A DNA stretch of 32,000 nt from Tannockella kyphosi (GTDB taxonomy: Bacteria > Bacillota_I > Bacilli_A > Erysipelotrichales > Coprobacillaceae), in contig NZ_CP088239.1 of the NCBI RefSeq assembly GCF_021054785.1, positions 1,020,001 to 1,052,000 of the forward strand. Reading direction: 5' to 3'. The position numbers and the translations under genes were made by a program. The notes under the pieces are model-generated. The model made no database searches. It saw nothing but the letters and a program-made list of their open reading frames with translations, and was not told where the DNA came from. Shown here in pieces: positions 16,099 through 25,031 of this stretch. Within the stretch, counting starts at the first letter, position 1. Each line of letters begins with the position of its first letter.

Positions 16099-19041
16099 CT
16101 AAGCATCTGTTAAATCAATAGCTTCATCTATTTTTACACTAACTAACTTTGTAACGCCTTTTTGCTGCATTGTTGCTCCATATAAAACATCACATTCTTG
16201 CATCATACCTTCACGATGAGTAACAACAATAAATTGTGTCGTACTAGAGAATTCACGTAAATATTTAGCAAATCTCTCAACGTTTGCAATATCTAGTGCT
16301 GCCTCCACCTCATCTAAAATACATAGTGGCACAGGTCGTACACGTAATATAGCAAATAAACAAGAAATAGCGATTAAAGCTTTTTCTCCACCAGAGAATA
16401 AAGAAATATTTTGAACTGCTTTACCTGGTGGTTGCACATCAATATCAATTCCTGTTTCCAAAATATTAGTTGGATCACTATAACGAATTTCTGCTTTCCC
16501 TCCACCAAATAAACTTCTAAATACCGTATTAAATTCAATATTTATTTTTTCAAAAGTGCTAGAGAATTTCTCTACCATAATTTCATCCATCTCTTTAATA
16601 GCTTCTAAAATCTTATCTTGAGCCTGTAATAAATCCAACCTTTGATTATTCATAGATTCATAACGTTCAAAAACATTTTGATATTCTTCAATCGCATCTA
16701 AATTAACATGACCTAATTCATCCATTTGATGTCTCAACGTCATTACAATCTCTTTTGCTTCTTCTAGATTTTCTAAAGCAACATAAGATTCATAAGCAAA
16801 TTCATAAGTCATACGATATTCATTATTTAAACGAACCAAATGATTTTCTAATATAACTTCTTGTTTTGTTGCGTCAATCGTTTCTTTTGTTAAATCACCT
16901 TGTATTTGATTTAACTGTTTTCTACCATTTTTTAATTCCTGTTCTAAAACTTCACTTTGTTCCACATAACTCATTCGTAATAATCTTTTTGATTTGATTT
17001 CTTCATTTAAGTTATCTCTTAACTTGATAGCTTCATTTAAATCTTGAATTAACTTACTTTCTACTTTACCACTAGTAAAGTTCTCTAATTCTAATTTTTG
17101 ATCTGTTAATGATTCATATTCTGATTTAATAGAAACTAATTTTTCTTTCTTTCTTTGAACAACTACTTCTAATTGACCATAAGAAATTTGTTTTTGTAAT
17201 AAATCATGAGAAATTTCTTTAAAAGAATTTTCTAACTCATTAATTTCATTACGCTTTTCAACTAATTTCTTTTCATAAATTACTAAATCATCTTGTAGAT
17301 TTTCTAATTCTCGTTTTTTTGTAAAGTTAGAGTTCGATTTTTTATAACTACCACCTGTCATAGAACCACCAACATTCACAACATCTCCATTTAATGCAAC
17401 AATTTTATAACGTCCAAATAAGGCTTTCGAAATACTATTTGCATTCTCTAAAGTATCACATACAATAATATTACCTAATTGATTTTCAATAATATTACCT
17501 ATCTTTTTATTACTTTTAACAAAATCACTAGCAATACCTAAATATCCATTCATATTTGTACACACCAATAGATGTTCTTGACGAACTGATCTAGGTTCCA
17601 TTACATCCATTGGTAAAAAAGTAGCACGTCCGGCTTTATTATCATGTAAATAGCTAATCGCACTTCTTGCTGCAATATCCGTTGAAGTAACAATAAATTG
17701 CACCGCATTCCCTAAACTTGTTGCAATAGCTTGTTCATAACCTTCATTTGCAATTACTAAATCTTCTAAAACACCGATAATATCTTTGTTTCTTTTGGCA
17801 TATTCAACGATTGTACGAACGCCATGATTTAAGTTAGAACGACTTTCTAGTTCTTCTAATAACATTTCTTTTTTTGATTTTTTTCTTTGAATAATAGCAA
17901 CAGTACTTTCAACAAATGACTTATCCTCATTTAGTTGTTCATTTAATGTTGTTTGTTTTTTCATTAATTCTTGAATATCTTTTTGCGTTTCTTGACTACG
18001 TTCATAACGATCGTTATATTCTTGTAAAGATTCACTTAATACATCTTTCAATTGAGCAATTTTTTCATGTAAAACATCTTCACTCGCATTTTCCATTAAG
18101 AACTTTCTCTTTTGATCCACTTCAATTTTAGCACTTTCTAAATTACTTACATTTGTCATTGCTTCCATTAATTGTGTTTGTAATCCATGTATTTCAGAAT
18201 CTAAAGCAAACATTTTCTTTTTAATTTCATCATTATTAGTTTCTTGTAAAAATAAACCAGCTTCAATAGTTGTTCTTTGTTCATTAAATTCTTTTATTTT
18301 TAAAGATAATTCATCTAATAACTCTTTGATTTTTTGAATCTCACACACTAATACAGAAACTTCAACACTAGTAAGTTCTTCTTTCAGCGTTAAATATTTT
18401 TCTGCTTTTATCTTTTGTTTTTCCAAAGGTCCAATTTGTTTTTCTAATTCATGAACAATATCACCAATACGTTCTAGATTTTCTGTTGTTCTTTCTAATT
18501 TACGAATAGATTCTAACTTACGTTTTTTGTACTTACTAACACCAGCTGCATCTTCGAAAATAGCTCTTCTTTCATCTGGTTTACAATCAGCAAAACTCGA
18601 AATATTACCTTGTGAGATAATAGATAAAGAATCTTTCCCTAAACCAGTATCCATTATTAAATCCACAATATCCTTTAATCGACATGGTTGACGATTAATT
18701 AAATACTCTGCTTCATTATTTAAACGATAAATACGACGAGTAATTTCTACTTCATCATATTCAATTTGCATAAATTTATCACTATTATCAAAAACCAACG
18801 TTACTTCAGCTAAACTTTGTGCTTTACGATCTTGCGATCCTGCAAAAATAACATCCGACATATTTGAACCACGTAATGATTTAACAGATTGTTCTCCAAG
18901 TACCCAACGAACCGCATCACTTATATTCGATTTTCCACAACCATTAGGACCTACTACTCCTGTAATTCCTGGTTGAAATTCTACATGAACCTTATCAGCA
19001 AATGATTTAAATCCATGTAATTCAATTTTCTTTAGATACAT
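16099..19041 (-). CDS. smc: Chromosome partition protein Smc
   Basis: 980 aa. N-terminal Walker A GPNGCGKSN, long heptad-rich arms, a central hinge-like segment (GVRTIVEYAK...GRATFLPMD), and C-terminal signature LSGGEKAL with Walker B ILDEVEAALD. Followed by ftsY as in Bacillus. Confidence 0.97.
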   Translation of the reverse strand: MYLKKIELHGFKSFADKVHVEFQPGITGVVGPNGCGKSNISDAVRWVLGEQSVKSLRGSNMSDVIFAGSQDRKAQSLAEVTLVFDNSDKFMQIEYDEVEITRRIYRLNNEAEYLINRQPCRLKDIVDLIMDTGLGKDSLSIISQGNISSFADCKPDERRAIFEDAAGVSKYKKRKLESIRKLERTTENLERIGDIVHELEKQIGPLEKQKIKAEKYLTLKEELTSVEVSVLVCEIQKIKELLDELSLKIKEFNEQRTTIEAGLFLQETNNDEIKKKMFALDSEIHGLQTQLMEAMTNVSNLESAKIEVDQKRKFLMENASEDVLHEKIAQLKDVLSESLQEYNDRYERSQETQKDIQELMKKQTTLNEQLNEDKSFVESTVAIIQRKKSKKEMLLEELESRSNLNHGVRTIVEYAKRNKDIIGVLEDLVIANEGYEQAIATSLGNAVQFIVTSTDIAARSAISYLHDNKAGRATFLPMDVMEPRSVRQEHLLVCTNMNGYLGIASDFVKSNKKIGNIIENQLGNIIVCDTLENANSISKALFGRYKIVALNGDVVNVGGSMTGGSYKKSNSNFTKKRELENLQDDLVIYEKKLVEKRNEINELENSFKEISHDLLQKQISYGQLEVVVQRKKEKLVSIKSEYESLTDQKLELENFTSGKVESKLIQDLNEAIKLRDNLNEEIKSKRLLRMSYVEQSEVLEQELKNGRKQLNQIQGDLTKETIDATKQEVILENHLVRLNNEYRMTYEFAYESYVALENLEEAKEIVMTLRHQMDELGHVNLDAIEEYQNVFERYESMNNQRLDLLQAQDKILEAIKEMDEIMVEKFSSTFEKINIEFNTVFRSLFGGGKAEIRYSDPTNILETGIDIDVQPPGKAVQNISLFSGGEKALIAISCLFAILRVRPVPLCILDEVEAALDIANVERFAKYLREFSSTTQFIVVTHREGMMQECDVLYGATMQQKGVTKLVSVKIDEAIDLTDA

Positions 19042-19050
19042 TTCTCTCTC

Positions 19051-19623
19051 CTACTTGAAAACAATACCATTTTCATTAATTTCATCTATAATCGCTAATG
19101 AACAAACTTCATATCCTTCTTTTTCTAACAGTGCTCTACCATCTTGGAATCCTTTTTCAATTACAATCCCTATCCCACTAATAGTAGCACCTGCTTGTTT
19201 ACATAAATCAATTAAACCTAACATTGCTTGTCCATTTGCAAGAAAATCATCTACCAATAAAACATGATCATCACTAGTTAAAAATTCTTTTTTGATACAT
19301 GCTAAATAATCAACATTTTTAGTAAAAGAATGCACAGGTGAAGTATACATTGTATCATTCATTATTTTACTAGTTCCTTTTTTAGCAAAAACTACTGGAA
19401 CATTGTCAAAAGCATGTGCTGTTGCTAATGCAATAGCAATACCAGATGCTTCTATCGTTACTACTTTCGTAACCTTTTTATTGTTATAATAACTTTTGAA
19501 CTCTTCTGCGATATCTTTGCTAAGAGCAGTGTCTATTTGATGATTTAAGAAACTATCTACCTTTACTATATTTGGTAAAATAACACTACCATCACTTATA
19601 ATTTTATCTTCTAATTTTTTCAT
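19051..19623 (-). CDS. xpt: Xanthine phosphoribosyltransferase
   Basis: 190 aa. VKVDSFLNHQID, TIEASGIA, VVFAKK, HVLLVDDFLANGQA (PRPP loop) and ISGIGIVIEKGFQ closely follow B. subtilis Xpt as I recall it. Confidence 0.93.
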   Translation of the reverse strand: MKKLEDKIISDGSVILPNIVKVDSFLNHQIDTALSKDIAEEFKSYYNNKKVTKVVTIEASGIAIALATAHAFDNVPVVFAKKGTSKIMNDTMYTSPVHSFTKNVDYLACIKKEFLTSDDHVLLVDDFLANGQAMLGLIDLCKQAGATISGIGIVIEKGFQDGRALLEKEGYEVCSLAIIDEINENGIVFK

Positions 19624-19632
19624 ATAATACCC

Positions 19633-21000
19633 CTATTTTAAAGTTAATTTATCGATTATTTTATTTTGTTTATCACAAGGAATTTTCACTACAAAAGTAG
19701 AACCAACATCTACTTCACTAATAACATCAATATTCCCTTGGTGTAAGTCTACAATTGATTTTACAATTGCTAAGCCTAAACCATTTCCTTCGACACTACG
19801 TGAACGATCTTCACGATAGAATCGCTTAAAGATATGTGAAATATTTTCATTAGACATTCCACTTCCAGTGTCTTCTATTTTTACCTCAACATCTTTTCCT
19901 GCTCTTCTTGCACTAATTGTAATCAGTCCATTTTCCCCTGTATACTTAATAGCATTTGAAAGAAGATTAATCCATACTTGTTCCAATCTTGCTTCATCAC
20001 CATATATTTCCACATCTTTTTTATTTTTCTCAAAAACAATTTCAATATTTTTAGTTGAAGCTGTATTTTCATAAGTAGAAATCACTCGATTAAGTTGATC
20101 TATAATAGAATAATGCATTAATTCTAAAGTAGCATCATCATTATCTAACAACGTTAGTTGTAACATATTCTTTGATAACGTTGATAAACGTTTACTATGA
20201 AAGAATATAATATCAGCATATTTCTCTCTTTGTGCTTTTGGTAATTCTTCATCTCTTAATATTTTTGAGAATCCTTGGATTGCAGTTAAAGGAGTTTGAA
20301 ACTCATGAGAAATATCAGAAATGAATTTCTGTCTTGTTTCTTCATGTTTTGATAACTGTACAGCCATTCGATTGAATCCTTGATTCAGTTTCGATATTTC
20401 ATCATCTCCAGAATAATTTACACGAACATGATAATTCCCCTTTGATAACTCATTGGTTGCATTGGTTAATCTAGTAATTGGTTTTACAATAAAATCAGCT
20501 ATTGCTAGAAAGATAACACTACCTGATAAAAAGACACATCCTAGAATTAACAGAGCTGAGTCTAAAAAAGCACTTCGATCATAACTAATATCTTTAAAAG
20601 ATACGATATAAACAGTTTTACCATCTATCATGTATACATTTCCATAAGAAACCACATTATCATTAAATGTTAACGTCCCATTACCAGCATCAATTTCATC
20701 AAGATCAATATCATTATGAGTTAAATGAGTACCAAAACGAAGCATCGTTCCATCATCATCAGAAATATAAATTTCAAATTGACTAGCATCTGCATAATCA
20801 ATTAACAAATCCATACTTTGTCCTACTCCTAATACTTCTACCATTTCAACCACAAACTCATTAGAAGAAATTAATTCTTCATATGCATTTTGTGTAATTA
20901 ATTCGACATTATTTTCTAATGCAATATATCCAGCTACTGAAAAACTAAATAAGATAGTAATTAAAAAACCACCTATTAACTTTCCATAAACAGACTTCAT
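19633..21000 (-). CDS. Sensor histidine kinase (two TM segments, extracytoplasmic loop, HAMP, HisKA, HATPase_c)
   Basis: 455 aa. H-box SHEFQTPLT, N-box NLLSNAIKYT, G1 EDTGSGM, G2 GNGLGLAIV. Hydrophobic segments near residues 8-27 and 150-170. The ATG overlaps the response-regulator TAA by 1 nt. Confidence 0.92.
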   Translation of the reverse strand: MKSVYGKLIGGFLITILFSFSVAGYIALENNVELITQNAYEELISSNEFVVEMVEVLGVGQSMDLLIDYADASQFEIYISDDDGTMLRFGTHLTHNDIDLDEIDAGNGTLTFNDNVVSYGNVYMIDGKTVYIVSFKDISYDRSAFLDSALLILGCVFLSGSVIFLAIADFIVKPITRLTNATNELSKGNYHVRVNYSGDDEISKLNQGFNRMAVQLSKHEETRQKFISDISHEFQTPLTAIQGFSKILRDEELPKAQREKYADIIFFHSKRLSTLSKNMLQLTLLDNDDATLELMHYSIIDQLNRVISTYENTASTKNIEIVFEKNKKDVEIYGDEARLEQVWINLLSNAIKYTGENGLITISARRAGKDVEVKIEDTGSGMSNENISHIFKRFYREDRSRSVEGNGLGLAIVKSIVDLHQGNIDVISEVDVGSTFVVKIPCDKQNKIIDKLTLK

Positions 21001-21671
21001 TATAACACCTCAATTTTATAGCCAAGTCCACGAACCGTAACAACACGGAATCCTGGTAAATGACCTATATTTTCTCGAACTCGTTTGACATGTACATCGA
21101 CTGTACGATCAAACCCATCGTAATCCATCCCCCATATTTTTTCAATTAATTGCTCTCTACTAAATATTTGTTCAGGATTTTTCGCTAATTCAAAGACTAA
21201 CTCAAATTGTTTTAAAGGCAAATGAATAGCTTGTTCAAGATAGCGAATTTCATATTTGTCACCATCAAAAACTACTTCCCCGATTGTAATAGTGTTCGAA
21301 GTATTAATGCTATAACGTTTCAAAATAGCTTTCACTCTTGCTAGTAACTCACTAGGATCAAATGGCTTTACTACATAGTCATCCACTCCCACTGAAAAAC
21401 CACGTAATTTATCTTTACTTTCCCCTTTTGCTGTAAGCATGATAATCGGAACGTCTTTATAATCTTTCACACTTTCTACTAGTTCAAAGCCATCCATTAC
21501 TGGCATCATTACATCTACAATCGCTAGATCAACATACTCATTGTCTAGGACATCAAGAGCTTCTTCCCCATTTCCAGCTTCTAAAACATCAAAACCTTCT
21601 TTTCTTAAATAAAAACCGATTAATTCACGAATATCCATTTCATCATCAACAACTAATATTCTTGGTTTCAT
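21000..21671 (-). CDS. OmpR/PhoB-family response regulator
   Basis: 223 aa. Receiver domain (ILVVDDE, phospho-acceptor context DLAIVDVMMP, LTAKG) and winged-helix output (VDVHVKRVRENI, TVRGLGYK). Confidence 0.93.
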   Translation of the reverse strand: MKPRILVVDDEMDIRELIGFYLRKEGFDVLEAGNGEEALDVLDNEYVDLAIVDVMMPVMDGFELVESVKDYKDVPIIMLTAKGESKDKLRGFSVGVDDYVVKPFDPSELLARVKAILKRYSINTSNTITIGEVVFDGDKYEIRYLEQAIHLPLKQFELVFELAKNPEQIFSREQLIEKIWGMDYDGFDRTVDVHVKRVRENIGHLPGFRVVTVRGLGYKIEVL

Positions 21672-21695
21672 TTTCCCACCTCAATTCATCATACT

Positions 21696-21704
21696 ATTAT
21701 ATCA
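21696..21704 (-). promoter_or_regulatory. Extended -10 promoter candidate for the response regulator and downstream genes
   Basis: TGaTATAAT read on the minus strand, 24 nt upstream of the ATG. There is no good -35. It lies downstream of the terminator at 21742-21765. Confidence 0.35.
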
Positions 21705-21741
21705 TATCAATTACAAAAAATATAGACATAAAAATGAATAG

Positions 21742-21765
21742 AAAAAAGGAGTCCTCACTCCTTTT
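21742..21765 (-). terminator. Rho-independent terminator after the 556-aa membrane protein gene
   Basis: Transcript reads AAGGAGU-GAGG-ACUCCUU followed by UUUUC (arms about 21747-21752 and 21757-21762). It lies about 10 nt after the stop. Confidence 0.7.
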
Positions 21766-21773
21766 CTTTCTAT

Positions 21774-23444
21774 TTATTCAACACTAAAAGTAGATAGAAT
21801 CTCACTACTATCATCACTTTCCACAAATTCAAAACAAACAACATCTCCCACCTTCACTAAAGGTAAGTAATCAGATAACGAAATATCAGCTATATAAATA
21901 GTATCACTACCCTCTATCGTAAAATAGTAAGTACTATTTCCACTAACTACTGCTTCATTTAGTGAAGCAATCGTACCTGTTAATTCAACTAATTCATATT
22001 CTTCTTCGACATTTTTTCCATTATCAATTAATAACTGATAATATGCTGCTTCAGCAGATGCTACACTTTCACCAGTTGCTACAATTTGGTAATTTTCTAC
22101 ACTTACAAAAGCATATTGTTTAACCAATCCAGCATCATCTTTTAGTGATAAGAAATATGTTGGAACACCACCTGCATTTACTAATATTGGGAAGGTAGCA
22201 GAATAACCTAAATGTTGAACCTGGCCTTCAGCAGAAGACATCGCTGAATATTCTTCAGCTCCCGATATATCATAATACTTTGCTTCTTTTGTACGCATGT
22301 TAATTAATGCAAAACCAACATTCGAAGCATCATCAGATACAGAAGTTAATCCAGTATAATAGTAAACATCACCATCTAAAGCAATATAATTATATCCATC
22401 TGTTTGTTGTAACACACCTTTTTGAGTGAATATAGCATTTAAATACCCACTAGCATATTTACCCCAATTATCAAGTTGTGTTGCCACTAAATCAGTTGGA
22501 TAAACATTATCAACCCATGTTGGGACATCCATTAACTCATAATACTGATTTTCTCCAGTAACAGCATTAACTAAAACTGCACCAACAATATCTTCTCCTC
22601 CAAAAATACCAATTTCATATTCATAAACAGGAGCAATATAATAAGGAATTCCATCCTCATTAATTTCAAACATTAAATCTTCAAACATAAGAGTAGGATA
22701 ATTAACACGTAAGTAACGATAAATATTACGCCCAAATAAATCTGATTCAGAATATTTCATTCCCTCTTCTAACACAACAACAGAAGATTCTTGGCTAACC
22801 ATATCTACTGTAATATAAGCAGGTAATCCTTCATCTTTATTAGTATACCATTTAATTAAATCAGCATATTCTAAAGGAGTTACACGATAAGGTGTATCCA
22901 TATAGTTAATTTGATTATAATCATCAGAAACTTCAAACTGAGAAACATAATCAACTATCTCTCCCATTTTACGATCTCCTAAAACTGTTGCACTATCACG
23001 ATCAACAACAGGAATTGATTCATAGGAAATAGTTTGGTTGTCTTCATAAAAGTCTGCATCATAATCTAAATATAATTGTTCTTGATAATCACTAGCATGG
23101 AATATTGGTAAACTAATTATATTTCCTACTACTAAATAAAATCCTAAAGTTGCTATTACACCTACCGTTATTTTTGTTAATAACTCAGTACCTTTACAAA
23201 AAGTAATATTTAAAAATACAAATGCAACTAATAATAAAATAAGATTAAAAACAAACTGTGGTGACTGTAACGTAATAGGTATTAACATAAAATATTCTGC
23301 AATCATTGCAAAAATAAGTAATCCTAAAATAATTTTCCAAACAGCAACTGGTTTTAAAACAGGTGCTTTTTCTTCACTACTCCCAAAAGGATTTTCCCCA
23401 TTGTTATTAGCATCCTTAAATAAATTAAATAACATCTTAAACAT
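21774..23444 (-). CDS. Membrane protein of unknown function (three N-terminal TM segments plus a roughly 440-aa predicted extracytoplasmic domain)
   Basis: 556 aa. Hydrophobic spans at about residues 33-57, 63-82 and 91-114. The remainder is acidic and Tyr/Gly-rich (YYIAPVYEYE, GENQYYEL, GDVYYYTGL, EAKYYDISG). GGAGGAA RBS. The ATG overlaps the nrnA stop by 8 nt. I cannot assign any named family from the sequence. Confidence 0.8.
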   Translation of the reverse strand: MFKMLFNLFKDANNNGENPFGSSEEKAPVLKPVAVWKIILGLLIFAMIAEYFMLIPITLQSPQFVFNLILLLVAFVFLNITFCKGTELLTKITVGVIATLGFYLVVGNIISLPIFHASDYQEQLYLDYDADFYEDNQTISYESIPVVDRDSATVLGDRKMGEIVDYVSQFEVSDDYNQINYMDTPYRVTPLEYADLIKWYTNKDEGLPAYITVDMVSQESSVVVLEEGMKYSESDLFGRNIYRYLRVNYPTLMFEDLMFEINEDGIPYYIAPVYEYEIGIFGGEDIVGAVLVNAVTGENQYYELMDVPTWVDNVYPTDLVATQLDNWGKYASGYLNAIFTQKGVLQQTDGYNYIALDGDVYYYTGLTSVSDDASNVGFALINMRTKEAKYYDISGAEEYSAMSSAEGQVQHLGYSATFPILVNAGGVPTYFLSLKDDAGLVKQYAFVSVENYQIVATGESVASAEAAYYQLLIDNGKNVEEEYELVELTGTIASLNEAVVSGNSTYYFTIEGSDTIYIADISLSDYLPLVKVGDVVCFEFVESDDSSEILSTFSVE

Positions 23445-24378
23445 TTGCTTGTTCCTCCAATTTTTCTAACAATCCTTCTAATTGATCAATTGTATCTAAT
23501 TTAGCTCCACTAGCAAACTTATGTCCACCGCCATTATACAATCCGGCAATTTCATTTACAACAACACCACGACTACGGATACTTACACGCCAATTATTAT
23601 CAGCTACATTTTGTGTGATTGCCATCCAAACATTATATTGTTCAATTCCAGCTAAACAGTTTACAAAATCAGATCCTTTTTCTCTACTAATACCTAATTC
23701 TTCTAAATTATCCTGTCTTAAGATATAATAAGCCACTTTACCAAACGTTTGATAATTACTTAAAATATACCCCTGAACTCTTAAATCCTTTTCTTGACGC
23801 ATATACATCTTATTATAAAGTGGTTCCATTTCCACACCATTTTCAACCAAAAAACTAGCAACCTCAAAAGTTTGCACACCTGTTCCTCGATACATAAAAC
23901 GATTACTATCACCAATAACCCCTAAAAAAATTGCATTCAAACTACAAATAGGTGCCTTAATAATATGATTATTTTCTTTTATCATATGACCAATCATTTG
24001 ACAACAACTAGAAGCACTCGGATCCTCTAAATTAATAACTCCATAACTATCAACAACTTCATGATGATCTATTTTAATAATTTCTTTACATAATAAATAA
24101 CTTTCTCCATCAATTCTTCCACTATTAGCAGTATCCGTAACAATACCTAAAACAGGTTGACTAAAATCAGGTAACTCTCTCTTAAATCCAGTAGCATACT
24201 GTTCTAACAAATCACTTGTAAAAACACCATCAACACTAATATTTTTATTAGGATACGTTTCTTTAAGTGCAAAATACAATCCTAATTGACTTCCAAAAGC
24301 ATCATAATCAGGTAAAACATGACGATAAATGACAATATTTTCATAACATTCTATTTTATCAATAATTTTTTTATACAT
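23437..24378 (-). CDS. nrnA: DHH/DHHA1 phosphoesterase, NrnA-type (oligoribonuclease / pAp phosphatase)
   Basis: 313 aa. HVLPDYDAFGS (motif I/II region), DTANSGR, IKIDHHEV (DHH), and C-terminal NGGGHKFASGAKL (DHHA1 GGGH). The length matches B. subtilis NrnA. AGGAGA RBS. Confidence 0.88.
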   Translation of the reverse strand: MYKKIIDKIECYENIVIYRHVLPDYDAFGSQLGLYFALKETYPNKNISVDGVFTSDLLEQYATGFKRELPDFSQPVLGIVTDTANSGRIDGESYLLCKEIIKIDHHEVVDSYGVINLEDPSASSCCQMIGHMIKENNHIIKAPICSLNAIFLGVIGDSNRFMYRGTGVQTFEVASFLVENGVEMEPLYNKMYMRQEKDLRVQGYILSNYQTFGKVAYYILRQDNLEELGISREKGSDFVNCLAGIEQYNVWMAITQNVADNNWRVSIRSRGVVVNEIAGLYNGGGHKFASGAKLDTIDQLEGLLEKLEEQANV

Positions 24379-24399
24379 ATCTATTCTCCTTGCTAAAAG

Positions 24400-24428
24400 A
24401 TTATACCATATTTTTTAATAGAGTTAAA
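24400..24428 (-). promoter_or_regulatory. Extended -10 promoter candidate for nrnA and the membrane protein gene
   Basis: TGgTATAAT (24400-24408) read on the minus strand, with a weak -35 TTTAAC at 17-nt spacing (24423-24428). It is directly downstream of the lipoprotein-gene terminator. Confidence 0.5.
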
Positions 24429-24451
24429 AAAAAAGACATCAAAGATGCCTT
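24426..24451 (-). terminator. Rho-independent terminator after the lipoprotein gene
   Basis: Transcript reads AAGGCAUC-UUU-GAUGUCUU (one G-U) followed by a U-tract (A-run 24426-24434 on + contributes the last two stem pairs and about 7 trailing U). It overlaps the stop codon. Confidence 0.5.
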
Positions 24452-24923
24452 ATTCCAACGTTATTGTCATTCTTTCAAAACATTCTTGAGCTGATTCTTG
24501 AGAAACATTATTACCTAATACAATAGCAGTATTACTTCCTTCTACTAAAATAATATAATTAAATTCACTATCATCATAACTCCAAAACAAATATTGATTC
24601 CCTTCATCACTACTATCAATTAGAGTAGCAGCACTATCACCTGAAATAGCAATATTATATAATGAATAGTCACTAGAAGAAACAAAAGTTGCTTGAGAAA
24701 GAATTGTATCATCACTATCGTATACACAGAAAATTTGTGTATCTAACAATAAAGATTCAGTATCATACTCTTCTAAATAATATCCATCTGATGTATCAAA
24801 TTTTACAGAAATTGTATCACCAGTATCAGCTGATTCAAAAGTATAAGTTAATCCAGAGTTACTACATCCTACTAAACAAACCATCATAAAAGCAATACAA
24901 ATTAAATTAAATGTTTTTTTCAT
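24450..24923 (-). CDS. Small acidic lipoprotein of unknown function
   Basis: 157 aa. Signal peptide with lipobox MKKTFNLICIAFMMVCLVG-C-SNSG. The mature part is Asp/Ser/Tyr-rich. GGGAGA RBS. It has its own promoter and terminator. Confidence 0.8.
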   Translation of the reverse strand: MKKTFNLICIAFMMVCLVGCSNSGLTYTFESADTGDTISVKFDTSDGYYLEEYDTESLLLDTQIFCVYDSDDTILSQATFVSSSDYSLYNIAISGDSAATLIDSSDEGNQYLFWSYDDSEFNYIILVEGSNTAIVLGNNVSQESAQECFERMTITLE

Positions 24924-24951
24924 TGTTTTTCTCCCGTTATTTTCTTTATTA

Positions 24952-24980
24952 TTTATACCATTATTTCAACCTTTTTGCAA
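24952..24980 (-). promoter_or_regulatory. SigmaA-type promoter for the lipoprotein gene
   Basis: Minus-strand reading cTTGCAAaaaggttgaaataatggTATAAAt. -35 TTGCAA (24975-24980), 17-nt spacer, extended -10 TGgTATAAA (24952-24960). Confidence 0.55.
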
Positions 24981-25005
24981 GAAGCACGATTTAAAAGATA
25001 ATGTG

Positions 25006-25031
25006 AAATAAAAATGAGCAAAAGCTCATTT
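25006..25031 (-). terminator. Rho-independent terminator after ackA
   Basis: Transcript reads AAAUGAGC-UUUU-GCUCAUUU followed by UUAUUUCAC (arms 25024-25031 and 25012-25019). It starts right after the ackA TAA. Confidence 0.65.
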
